Assembly: GCA_001599295.1 (NCBI GenBank)
Contig: BCGN01000008.1
Coordinates: 372,001 to 436,000 of the forward strand
Reading direction: 5' to 3'
From: Sporopachydermia quercuum
Lineage: Eukaryota
Length of the DNA stretch: 64,000 bases
Positions 1-12,035 of this stretch are shown piece by piece. The stretch's first letter is position 1. Each line of letters starts with the position of its first letter. Position numbers and translations under genes: made by a program. The notes under the pieces are model-generated. The model searched no databases, had not been told where the DNA came from, and saw only the letters and a list, made by a program, of their open reading frames with translations.

Positions 1-2
1 CT

Positions 3-131
<129 letters not shown>

Positions 132-632
132 TTATGGTAATGACGATTATTGAATTATTTACGAGTTACATATAAAATAGAGTTTTCTTGTCTATATCAT
201 TTATTCTTTAATTTGTATGTCTCCTGGCCTGAAATAACCTGTATTTGTAAAAATACTGAAGGGTTATTGGAGCAATTGTAGTCGTGATTGCAACGAGCGA
301 TCTTGTAAGAGACAGATTTGGTTTCAGGCACAAGATTAATTTGTCAGAGTTTGAACCTTGTTTGTGGACAAGGTTGAGTGACTTAGTAGGATGATGTAGT
401 CGTCCGAATGATTTGCCCAATGTCATTTTTATGATTACGTTATATTAATTAAATCTCCAGACATCAATCTGCACATAAATGCGTTAGCGACGATATTCTA
501 AACTCTAATACTTTCATCTAATAAAAAAATTTACTCTGTGAAGACAGCTTTTCTACTCAAGAGTGTTGACGATTAATTGATGATAAACCCAGTATTGGTA
601 ATTAGAATCCAAGTGAAATCAAATTTAATAGA

Positions 633-1214
633 ATGCCGGGCAGTCGAATGGAATGCGAAACAGGAAAAAAGCAACTGGCCCACGAGTCAGACTCAGATGA
701 TGCACCAGTCGAGGAGACATTTGCCATTTCAGCGAAGAGAATAAAGCAGAAACAGAAAAGTGCTGAGAATTTGATTGCTGAAACGAGAAGACAAACAAAG
801 GAACAAAGAAGGAAACAAGATGAACAATTGAAAAAACAGAGAGCTATTGCAAATGAAAATATAGAGAAAGCCTCTTTTTCAAGCCACAATCTCGCATCAC
901 GATCCCCACTAGAGTCAGACTCGGAATCAGAGGAAGAATCAGTACTTCCTCAATCGTTATTAGATTCAGCAGCTATCAATTTAAATCAAGGGAAGTCTCA
1001 AAAGATAAAATTTGACGAAGGGAAGTTTCAAGAAAACAATAATATAAATATAGAACCAGTTCAAAGAATAACGAAGAAGAAACTGTCAATAAGGAAAGGT
1101 CCTGTGAGGGTAACAGTTCTTCCTCTTAATAACAAAACATTACCCCCAAAGGCTGAAAAAAAGGTAGTTGCTAGAAAGGAAAAATGGCTAAGGAGAAAAT
1201 CTATAGGTAAATAA
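633..1214 (+). CDS. BUD21: U3 snoRNP/SSU processome-associated protein Bud21 (Utp16)
   Basis: 193 aa; SDSDDAPVEE motif followed by charged coiled coil; C-terminal KGPVRVTVL...LPPKA...KEKWLRRK matches the U3 snoRNA-associated family. Confidence 0.8.
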   Translation: MPGSRMECETGKKQLAHESDSDDAPVEETFAISAKRIKQKQKSAENLIAETRRQTKEQRRKQDEQLKKQRAIANENIEKASFSSHNLASRSPLESDSESEEESVLPQSLLDSAAINLNQGKSQKIKFDEGKFQENNNINIEPVQRITKKKLSIRKGPVRVTVLPLNNKTLPPKAEKKVVARKEKWLRRKSIGK

Positions 1215-1555
1215 TAGTATAAAAACATTAGTATAATAATAAATGTATTCTACAATTATTTAATATTCTATACGTATGTCATTGGTTCCCGTTTGATCGA
1301 TAACGAATGAGTTGTGAAACTCATCGTGTATTGGCTACCACAGGGAATGTTGGTTGCTTTTTACTTCTTTTTTAACAATCTTTCAACTAAGGAGTAATCG
1401 GTCTTCCTGTATTTATGAAGACCTTTTCCTATTTCTAGTAATTCCAACAATAGAATATATTCTTCAATTGTGAAATCTCCTTTTTCATTTTATGAAATCC
1501 AGCTTGCATTCTATCTAGTTTCTAACTTACGTGCATCGTATGATAACCCGATGAC

Positions 1556-1933
1556 ATGATGGAGATTCTATACTCTGCAGATATCAACAAAAAGAACAAA
1601 ACCTGGCACGATGGGAAAATCATTATCAGTAATGGGAAAGCAGTTATTAAGACAACTATTAACGAATCGCTAACAAATTTCATAACAACGACTAAATTGA
1701 AAGAACTAGAAAGCTACCAAGAAGTGAGAATCGGTTCACTATTGGTAATATTAGTTGAACATGAGTCTATATCGACAGAGGGTGAAGATAAAGGGAAGCT
1801 AGGATGGAACAAATCAGCCATCACTGAAAGGCCAAGATATCGAAAACCAAGAATAAGGATAACTGCTAGAATTCCTCTGAGAAAGTTTAAGGAAAGAATA
1901 ATGTTGTGTTTAGCATCATTAGATGCTTCATGA
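1556..1933 (+). CDS. Small DUF2439-domain protein (Mte1/ZGRF1 N-terminal-like)
   Basis: N-terminal ILYSADINKKNKTWHDGKI matches the DUF2439 pattern (LYxxDxxKKxKxWxDG); 125 aa. Confidence 0.7.
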   Translation: MMEILYSADINKKNKTWHDGKIIISNGKAVIKTTINESLTNFITTTKLKELESYQEVRIGSLLVILVEHESISTEGEDKGKLGWNKSAITERPRYRKPRIRITARIPLRKFKERIMLCLASLDAS

Positions 1934-4213
1934 ATGGGAGAGTTTAGCTTTATGATAATTGGATTTCGCTAGAAATGTTGATAATCGGAATATCACGACG
2001 AAACTAGTATAANAAAAAAATCGAAAAGTTTGTTATATACTAGAATCAACTAATTGGTAAGTAAGCAATATGCTATGAATTTATTCTTAGCGCAGAATCG
2101 GATAGAACATCCAATGATACCCGTTCATGATCTTCAGATCTGTTCTGCAATAGTTATTTGAGGGAAAGAAGATTTTTTCCCTTCATAAACGGTTAGGTCA
2201 TGCATAAATAGAAAGGGTTGGTTTATTGAGTGAATCCTTTTTGATGCTCACTATCAGTGGACATCGGTTATAATGATGATTAAATTTTACTTAATCGTTA
2301 AGTGTTGAGAACAATCGCAAGTTTCATATCGCGGTCTTCATGGTTATCTACATATCAGAATCCAAAAGGATATGACTGACTCTGTTTTTTTTTTCTTTCT
2401 CTTTTTTATTAAATTTTTTTTCTTCCTTCCAGACAACTATTTTTATGAATGAATTATCAAATAGTTGGATTGTTCTTGTTATAAAAGAACAATATTATCA
2501 ATGACGAAAACATCAGTTTGATAATAAAGCATATTTGAGGTTAATTGAATACTACAGGTAAATTCTCTTTGGAAACATTTTCTGGAAGCTTGTCATAAGG
2601 CACAGCTATTATTTCTCATGGGATTTAGGTGAACTAACTAACACAAGTCACGGTTTACAGTGAAAGCATAGTAAATGGCTTTAAAATCAAATTATGCTAT
2701 GATTCATTATAATAACATTAATAAATCAGCTCTAGTAGTGAAACTTGCAATAAACTGTTACTTCTTCTAAGAAATTGAACTTCGTTTTTTCTATTCTGTC
2801 TTCTCTTGTGTCTCCAATCTTCCTTTGATTACTTACGCAATTTGTCAACCTATCGTTTCATTACAATTTTTTCCTTTTTCTTTCATATGATATGATTATC
2901 AGTAATTTCAAGTAATCCTCTTCAACCGTAGATATCTCAGGTCCAATAGTTTAAATACTACTAACTATTTATCTTACACATCCTGTTGTATATTGGTGGG
3001 ATCGTTGCTATCTAGCTTCAGACCTCATTCACTATCATAGAAGTAAGAAGAGCCTTCTATGAGTTGGTTGAAATCAAAAATTCAAAAATAGACCCTGCAA
3101 TTAAAATAAATCGATGTTTCACACTCTTCGTTAGATGAAAATTAATTACTACATTAATGAATTCCCGAAACTTTTTACATCTCATGCCAAATCTATCATA
3201 AATTACTATGAAGAGAAATGGCTAGGATTTCAATTTGAGATTTATTGGTGACGACATGGAGAATGCAAGATAATAAAAACAAAATTACTACGACTACAAT
3301 AAAACAGAATAAGGTAAAAACTGTTGTTTTTCAAATGAAGAAACCTATGTATATAATATTTCGACTTTGGCAATTACACATGGAACGAATAGAGGTAGAT
3401 AACCATGAAGGTGAAACATAGTATAAACGTTACATACAAACAAAGAACAATGAAAATGAAAATGAAAAGTAGAAATAAAATAAAATAAAAATTAAGTAGA
3501 AAATAAGAACTAATAAATACATAAGTGTATAATCAAACTAATCGTCCCCCACTAAAAACTAACCACCCAGTTACCAACCTGTTTGATGCCGATTGAATGC
3601 TAAAATGTGAAAGATGAAGAAAAGGTCACTTTAATGAAATTTTGAAAAGCTATTGAAAAAGCTAGAATTTTGAGAAAAATAAGCCGAACCTTGTGAAACG
3701 AATGAATTATATGACCTTCATAGTATATTTCATTCTCAGTTCATTTTTTTATAGTGAATAATTCGTTTTCTGAGCACCCAGAATGTGAAAAAAAAAACCA
3801 AACAATAAGACAAAAAAAAAGACAAAAAACAACAATTAATGGCAGAATAAAATGAGAATTAGTCGGCATGAGCCAGAGATAGAACTAAAGAACAACACAC
3901 CGCTACCAAGAGAAAATGGTATGGAGGACTATGAAAGCAGAAAGAGAGAATAAATTGTCTGCTTAAAACAGTTTGAGGGTCCGTACGCTGAGCCAACTGA
4001 TTGACATTTAAGAAGATATTTGGCGATATTGTCATCAACGGCATACATTTTGTTTCTTGCTTTCCTGTTCTTGAATGAAATTGGATGTGCTCTTTCAGAT
4101 AACCCAACTGGCTCGATTGGTCACAACTGAGCGGCTGTCCTATTCCTTATATCCATGCTTTATAGAACATCTTAGGATTTGACTACTGATAATTGCCGAC
4201 ATGCTAACGGAAA

Positions 4214-5323
4214 TTATTCAGAGCCATCAGTTAATATGTGAATGGCATCTTGTCCTCCAAGCACGTTATCATTATAAAGAAAATCCAAATGACCTGAACT
4301 GAGTATAAATTTTTCATCATCAGAAAAACGAAACTGCTCTTTTGCGAATCCATTTGTCATTTGTTCACTCGAAGCTAACAAAGAGTTGGAACTAATATTG
4401 TTATTGGGATTGATAGTCAAACTTAGATTAGTAGTATTAGAGTTAATATTACTATTGTTCCAACCTTTGGAGTTTGCTCGCCAGTTTGATTGGAAGTTAA
4501 TGCTATTAGTATTATCGAAGTTAAAACTGTTATGCTCTAGAGGATTTGGTTGATGGTCCAAAATTGGTTCATTTTTGACCATTAAGTTACTTTCAATTTC
4601 TGAATCATTATTCGAAAACCAATTCACCCTATACCTTTCGGGAGTAAAGTCTTGATTTATTGCAAATGAATCAGGAACCGATGATGATGATGCTCTTGAA
4701 TCAATATTATTTATGTAATTATTATTATCATTAATATAATTATTACTATCATTAATGTAATTATTACCGTCATCCAAATCTGATTGTTTTATTACCTCAA
4801 ACCCAGAGTCGATACTCTTCGTTCCTCTGTAACAATCTTGCGGGAGAGTGGTTTGGGTACTGAGGTGCCGATTATAATCCATCTCAAATTCAGGATTGAA
4901 AATCTTTTGTTCATTTGTTTGATTGTAGATGTTATTGTTTGCAGTTTCAGAGGAAACTGTTATAGATGAAACGGATTCATCATTAAAGACAGAGGACTTA
5001 TTATTATAGATAGAAGCTTTAGGATTATTGTTGTATGAACCAAGTCTATTTCCCTCAGACATTGAACTGCTTGAGTAGAGTGACTTTGAACTGGATCTGA
5101 TACTGATGTGTAATGAATTGGGAGTTGAAGATGACACAGCCGAACTATTATTTCTCCCAAAAGAGCAATTTCGACCATCTGCTGAACACTTTGAACAAGG
5201 AATTTTTCCATCACATTTGATTTTTCTAAGCCTGCACGTATCACAGGCTTGTTTCACTCTTTTTCGATGTTTTTTAGTCAATTTATTGGCGTTGTGAATT
5301 GTTGGTACTTGGTTGGAGCACAT
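4214..5323 (-). CDS. Zn(II)2Cys6 transcription factor with Asn/Ser-rich low-complexity C-terminus
   Basis: ACDTCRLRKIKCDGKIPCSKCSADGRNC = CX2CX6CX5CX2CX6C after a basic stretch; in-frame stop upstream of ATG 5323 fixes the start. Confidence 0.92.
   Translation of the reverse strand: MCSNQVPTIHNANKLTKKHRKRVKQACDTCRLRKIKCDGKIPCSKCSADGRNCSFGRNNSSAVSSSTPNSLHISIRSSSKSLYSSSSMSEGNRLGSYNNNPKASIYNNKSSVFNDESVSSITVSSETANNNIYNQTNEQKIFNPEFEMDYNRHLSTQTTLPQDCYRGTKSIDSGFEVIKQSDLDDGNNYINDSNNYINDNNNYINNIDSRASSSSVPDSFAINQDFTPERYRVNWFSNNDSEIESNLMVKNEPILDHQPNPLEHNSFNFDNTNSINFQSNWRANSKGWNNSNINSNTTNLSLTINPNNNISSNSLLASSEQMTNGFAKEQFRFSDDEKFILSSGHLDFLYNDNVLGGQDAIHILTDGSE
4706..4770 (-). repeat. Coding 21-nt tandem repeat, about 3 copies (D-x-NNYIN)
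   Basis: Protein reads DGNNYIN DSNNYIN DNNNYIN; DNA shows matching 21-nt periodicity. Confidence 0.8.
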
Positions 5324-5672
5324 TGTGACAGATTGTGAATAGGAGGATATTGGAGCAAAGTACCATTAATGGCTAATAAGTATTAATTCCTTAGCTTGAA
5401 GAATAGTGAGAGCAAAAAGCGTAAATAAAAGTTTGATATACCTATTATTCCGAAAAGGTCCTTTGATTGTAGAGTTGAGTACGATAGTTTCACTTGGTAC
5501 TAAAGTACAGTGAAAGTATTGAACGAACTTTTACCAGAGATAATAGAGAATGAATATTCCTCTAGCAAGAGTTCATCAATTCTCGTACTACTTCTGGGAA
5601 TTAACCAGGAGCGAAAGTAGATCTGAGGTTTTGTTTGTCAAGGAATATGCGAAAAGGCAGAGTTAAGTATAA

Positions 5673-5998
5673 CTGAGGAAAATAGAGAAGAAAAAGTATT
5701 AAATGTTAGTAGAATCCATTCCTTTTTACCATTTTCATTCAAGTATGTGTAAAGTTTAAAAAGCAGCTCAACTTAGCTTGGGAGCTTAAAGATAAATCTT
5801 GATAGAAATTCCGTAACTTTAAATGGAGCTAAATTAGTGTCAACTTAATTGTAGACAAAGTCTAAAAATAACGCTGCCTCTTGACATAAGAATGATAGCA
5901 GGGAGATCTTGCCCTTTCTGTTCGATTATAACGTATTAGGGATGGTCTTTTAGACAAAAGAGCAATGAAAAAAGGAAGTAAAAGCTTATCGGACTTAC
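5673..5998 (-). other. Putative 5'-UTR spliceosomal intron of the Zn2Cys6 gene (326 nt)
   Basis: Minus strand: GTAAGT at 5998, TACTAAC at 5711-5705, then tttttcttctctattttcct and the first AG (CAG, 5675-5673). Confidence 0.65.
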
Positions 5999-8900
5999 TC
6001 AGCTTAAGATGTGATTTTGCATTTAGGAAGGAATCAGAATGTCTGATAAGGAGAAATATTCAGTAGCATACTCTCAACAGAATTTAGTTGTTGTTACCCT
6101 ACAATAAAATATGTCTCTGAAACCCTACCAAGCCAGTTTCAAAAGACATTGAAAACTCGAATCAGGATAAGAGGAATGAAGGGTTAGTTTATCTTCTTGC
6201 CAAGGAGCCTTACATTTTATATAATGAAACAATAAGTTAGGAATAATCCCTTAGAAAGCTGACGCTCAAAAGATCTTCGAATTTTCCAACTGATAACCGT
6301 TGTATATAGAACGAATATCGATGTTAACTGCCAGGAGAATATTTATTCCGTGCATAAAACTATTGCATGTACAAATTTCTGTTTCAACGTTGCATATGCA
6401 ACATTTTAGCCGTGTAACGATATTTCCAATTTTATCTAGTTTTGTCCACACAGATTCTCAAAGAAGTATACATTGATTTGGCCGTTGGAATACTCTAAAT
6501 AATTCAAGAAATAAAAAAGATAGTACCTAACTAAATAATCCTTAACTAGTTGTTCTTAGGAAATGTATCTTGAACCTTTCCAAGTTCAGAGCTGAATGGT
6601 TGTGAACTTATATTCAAATATTACTTATCAATTTCAATCAAAATAAATTCCTTTGGACTCTGTTCCCGAATGTGATAGAGAGTAAACATTTCTTTCAAGG
6701 AATAAATAGATAAATGCCTCGCAGTGCAGGGTTATAATAGTCCGTCCAAAATGTCATCTTCAAAGTTAAAATGTCAACGCTAAAACTTTTTACCTTCCTA
6801 CTTTTACCATTGGCATCCAGAAATAACTTTCCGAGAGATGTGAAACCCGCAGTTTCAGTTTCTGATATTATAGTACTTCGATTAGTTGGTAAGATTAACT
6901 TCACCGATCTACAGTATATGTATGTGATAGCATATGAGCAAGTAAATCAAGTTCTTAAATCGCCTTGAAATCATCTCTACAGTGATAATCTAAATGTTAT
7001 TGATAGTCGAATATCAACAACATTAACGTTTCTTTTTCAACTGCTAGTCCTTCATAAGAGACGTTATCAATCTGTATAATACTTGCTTAACTTATCTGTA
7101 CTTTCTATCACACGGCAATAGAAGTTAGTTAGTAGCTTGATCATATATTCTTGCTGATAGGAAAAAGTTTAAGTTATACACTAGTTAGATTAGTTAATGA
7201 AATCCATTGAAACAATTAAAAACATCCCTTTGTGGAATACGAGCACAATTCCATTCATAATAATCTTGACATTAAATAAGGTGCTCCATATATCGACGAC
7301 GGGAATGACGAATAGAAAACTGATTTTCACAGAATATGTTTATTGCCGTCATAATATCCCTTCTAAATNTATATATGAAAGCTAGAATCCATGAAATTTG
7401 CGTCCAGCAATAAACTCTAAAAAGACATGTAAAACAATATCATATTCAATTAGGGTTTAATTTTCTGGCCGTGTCACTTTGGTCGAGTTCATGTTTATCC
7501 GGGAATTACAATGAACTCCTTAGATCTGTAGCTAAAGTTTCTGGAATTAAATTAAGATTTTAATCTGTATTCTGGAAGTAATTTTCAGNTATTGCGATTC
7601 CATTCTATTTAATGCTCCTTGATTGTTTCCTAAAACAGTAATAAAGTACATTATGATTGATGTTTGTCGAAAATATTAAATCCGACATTCTTTAATAGAG
7701 CTTACTTGACTACTAAATGGTGCGTGATTCACAGGAACGGCTTGAACTTGTTTCAACGGTTATTTCTTACTGTGTTCGCCATAGAAGAAATATAAAATGA
7801 TCTCGAAGGAAGTATATAGAAGCGTTTCTAGACGTATTCTACTTGAATGCCTGCAATCCACCAAGCAGATAAAAACCCCTTACTGTTTCACAAATATTAA
7901 AGAAAAATTCGATTTCTTTGGTTTTTAAAGTAATAATACTCGAAAGGACTATAAAATAATGAGAAGTTTAGAGCTGCTATAATATTCGTATTTTAACAGT
8001 CTCATGTACTCTATCAATTTTACGGAATATCCTTTGCCCTTTAGCCCAACGGTTAGATCATTTAACTATCTGAAACAACTAGTATTATTATTCCATCACT
8101 TGTCTGAACTCAATTCTTTCTAGCTGTTGTCCTTCAACTTTTGGCAAACCTTACTCACTTCTAGGTAATCAATAGTCAGGCATTCAAATGCGTACTTTGA
8201 GTTCACAATAATCATAGGTAATAAGTTACCATAAATGGCATAAAATACAGTTAACGTTTAGCTACTATATCTAGCGTCACATAGAATACCTATTCTCCAA
8301 TTGCTTCACGGCAAGCTTTGATTGGATTTGCTTTATGTTTTTTACTTGATTCATCTATTTCCAATCAAAGAACAGTCTATTTTACTGTTCTAGTACCTAA
8401 TTTAAGTGATATTGCAAGGTGAATAGAATCTAGAACAAAAAAAGGCTGTTATTTTTCAAAGGTAGGTCTGAAATTATGTGTCTCAACATCCACAAATCAG
8501 CAACAAAATGAAAGAGAAAAAGTACTATTGACACGTAGGAGGCTATAATAGTGAGTAGTTATTCTCTATCCACCACCTTCAAAATACAGAACATACTTTC
8601 GTTTGAGGCTAAGTTAACTATAAAGTAATCTAAGATAATCGCTAAATAAAATGATCAAATTATCTACTTTCGATTGAACCTTTGGATGTGCTATTATTAT
8701 GCTATATTAGGACATATGCATTTAATTATTTTTAGCGATGTATGAATAAAGAAGTTGAAATCTATTACCATGAGGTCTTGGTTCAAATAGAGTTGGAACT
8801 AAATTTGGTTAAGTTTTGACATGTGAATGAGTCATATCTCCCAAAAAGACCATTCATTAAATAACCCTGGCGAGGTAAAAGAAAATGATTCGGAGAAAAA

Positions 8901-11900
8901 GAGCTGAATTATGTTCTAGTAATTGAAAAGAATGATGAATGAATATAGTTTCACTGATTTGGTAGACGTATCTCAGTCATATAGGTTTTGAAGTAAAAGA
9001 GATTCCTGGAATTTCCACCGTCAAAGTAATAGTCAATAAGATTAATTATTGATAGTAAAGGATACGGTTTAATAGTCATGATGGCTCTACTAAATGAAAG
9101 TCAAGAGGAACCTGAAAAATTTTAATGATCCACTGTTTTCTCAAGAAGATGTACAGAGCAGTAGCTGTTTGGAAATGCAGGACTGTTTCCTTCTTGATAC
9201 CAAGCTCTTTTACTTATATGACTCTCAAAGTCATGAAATCTACTCTTCATAGATAGTTATAAATGGTTCATTTGGAAATTAGGCACTTTTATTGGCCAGT
9301 TCAAAGGCTAATAATTGGTAAGTCATCCCTAAACTTAACTATTAATTGAACCAGGGGAACTGGTATAGTAGGAGTTACATTTTCTTTATATACTAAGTAA
9401 CTTTTAATCTAGAACTGATTAATTGAAATTACTAAGCTAGAGTTTACATGAAAAATCTCAAACATATTGTATCTCTTGTGCATTTTCCTAAATTGGAAGC
9501 TTTTCATAAGATTCTTCTGTGTGTGAATTGATTGTTTAACTCTACTGCCATATAGAACATAGTACGCGTTATGACCTTATTAGAATCAATAAAAGCAGCG
9601 GTCCCTATGACTATTTGTTTTGGAGCCATTTTAATTCTAATGAAGTCAGTTAGTGTATTAAGATTCAAAACACATCTTCTCACTTTCAAATTAGCTCCAT
9701 ATCACTTAGATTCATAGAACAGGTTTTCTCAACTGCTATATACGTTTTCTACATTTTCTACCACTCCATCAGAGCAGTGAAAATTTAGAGGAATTAATAA
9801 TAAAAATATGATTGAATTATTTTGAGTTGTCTCAAAAACCCCTGATACAGAAGCGCATTATTCAACCCTTTGTTAGCACTCTTTAAAGAAAGACTGACCT
9901 CAAAAACAATCAATAGAGGATATTTGTTATATAGAAACCGACATAATAAAGAGAATCACTTTTGAGATACTGTTAATAAAAGTTTGAACCCTTTTAGGTT
10001 GTTCCACTAACAACGATTGATCAACAAAAGATTTGAACTTCTTCAAGTATCAATGCCAATACTAATGAGCATTATTTTAAAATAATTATGATAGGTCTTA
10101 CTTGATGGATAATGTTCTGTTCGTGGAAGCTTAGGAGACAATTCTATTTGTAGTCATGTGATTTCCGTAGTAGTAGGAAAGTAGAAGCTGTAGAATCCCT
10201 TATTTTACTAGTTTTTCAGTAATTTAATACTTTAGAACATGTTTCATAAAATTATTGATTGGTTTTATTCATTGATATTATATCATAAACAACTCTTCGT
10301 ATCAACTAACCTACTGAGCCTTGTGATAAAACCGTTAATTCGAAATTAAACAAATTCTTAGTAAGAATACATAACTTCATTCAGAAGTGTATTTTGAAAT
10401 TACAGAGCATTAAACAAACTAAATGAAACTTTAACTTTAATTTAGTTTAACTCTACATAAGTTAAAGCCACAATTTCATGTAATCCCTTTGTACTCCTTT
10501 CTCTCTGAAGTTTTTCCGCAAACTTTTCTCAAAATTTTTGGTTCTGATGCTATAATCTGATGCAATATTTAACTCAAAGTTAGTGAAAGAAAATCCGACG
10601 AAGTAACTTTTTTGATAGTAATTGTATTCTCATAGATAACTAAACCCGAAAACACTAATTGGAGCCGTCAATGATAATATAGTGTTTTATGTGAGGCGCT
10701 TGAGGCACTGAAAAGTTTAGCAGACGTTTTATGATCAACACCCGTACTTTCATCATCCTAAGGTGGGTAACTGGTTAAGTCGTCATGAACTATGAAGTGA
10801 AAGAATTTCATCGGATCAATCATAAGTAGCACATCATAAGATAGGCCCAATATCCTCAAAATAAGAGTAACCCTATGCTTTAGGAACATCTACAACCATT
10901 CAAGGAAAGATCATTGAACATCATTTATTCTGATCAAAGAAAAAAAATCTTGAAACATTCTTTACTGAATTAGGGAAATAGTTTAAATGATGGAAAAAGT
11001 TCCTCCATAGAAGATGAAAAAAAACTCCCGAATAATTTATTTTTTTGCCAATACTTATTTGGATGATTCACCAAAGATGTTTATATTCTTCTTCGGTTTT
11101 CCCCTTTTATGCACCATTCAATCAAACCGTTCTATTCCCTCAGAATTGTTCATCGCTTTAACATTAAATGGGTTAATTAAAGCAAAGAGTTAGCATCTTG
11201 AAGACAATACTGTTACACACCAATGCTGTGTTGCTTAAGTTTGAGAAACCGTTGAAAACACTAATTAGGTACTCTTACCAAAAGTTTATGTTTGATTCGA
11301 CTGCTAAAGTAACCCTTTTCCTGATGAAGTACTGGCTTTGTTATCTAGTTAACTATAAGGGATTAGAACGAGTGGATATTTTCCGGCACCTTCCAAGTTC
11401 AATTCATAGCCTCTGTATAAGTGCGTTGAATTATATAGCAGAAAATCTCAAATGATAAAATCTTACCAATGTTTTTGGCCATGAGGCATCGATGAAAGGC
11501 CATTGTTTACGTCACTTCAACGAATTTTCGGAGATAATAAGAGTGGGAATAGCGGAAACTTAATGGTGTGAAAGTTGAAGATGATTCTAGTATGGATAAA
11601 TGATGCCAACTCATGTTATTATGTTTTTCTAAAAGTTTATTTAGCTCAGTCCAAAAAGAGGTTAATTCTTTCTAAGAGAAGAACTACATCGCATTATGTT
11701 GTCCTGAGGAACTTGTCTTTTCCCATATCAAGGTTGTGTTCTTCATGCAATGATCTGCACATTCGTGGAGTTGAAAGTACGAAACAATTTGTTTTTACAT
11801 AATCATAATTTATTATTAGGTGTCCTGATTTATGTGGACATTCCTGACATTCATCTAAACTTTATTTTATTTTGTCTCACACGACTTGTGACTCGATTAT

Positions 11901-12035
11901 CAACCCTTCATTTCTTTATCTACTCAGAAACTATTGGTTTATCAAAATTGAGCATCCATTCTCAGAAATAATATATTAAAATAACCTAACAAAAATATAC
12001 ATCTATATTAAATATTGTAATAAAATAAATATGCG

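Noticed and set aside
3557..3570. AACTAAC-cacc-CAG acceptor-like signal on the + strand
   Set aside because: No consensus donor at a plausible distance and no sensible spliced ORF.
3859..4107. 82 aa TTG-start ORF (and an overlapping 39 aa ATG ORF) downstream of the Zn2Cys6 gene
   Set aside because: No recognisable motif; probably 3' UTR.
6389..6402. 14-bp palindrome GTTGCATATGCAAC
   Set aside because: Several palindromes of this length are expected by chance.
8770..8795. GAGGTCTTGGTTCAAAT, resembling a tRNA T-loop/B-box (also GTTCGAGCC near 50593)
   Set aside because: No T-stem, acceptor stem or cloverleaf can be built.
9504..9689. MAPKQIVIGTAAF, resembling an aldo-keto reductase N-terminus
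   Set aside because: No further AKR motifs found downstream.
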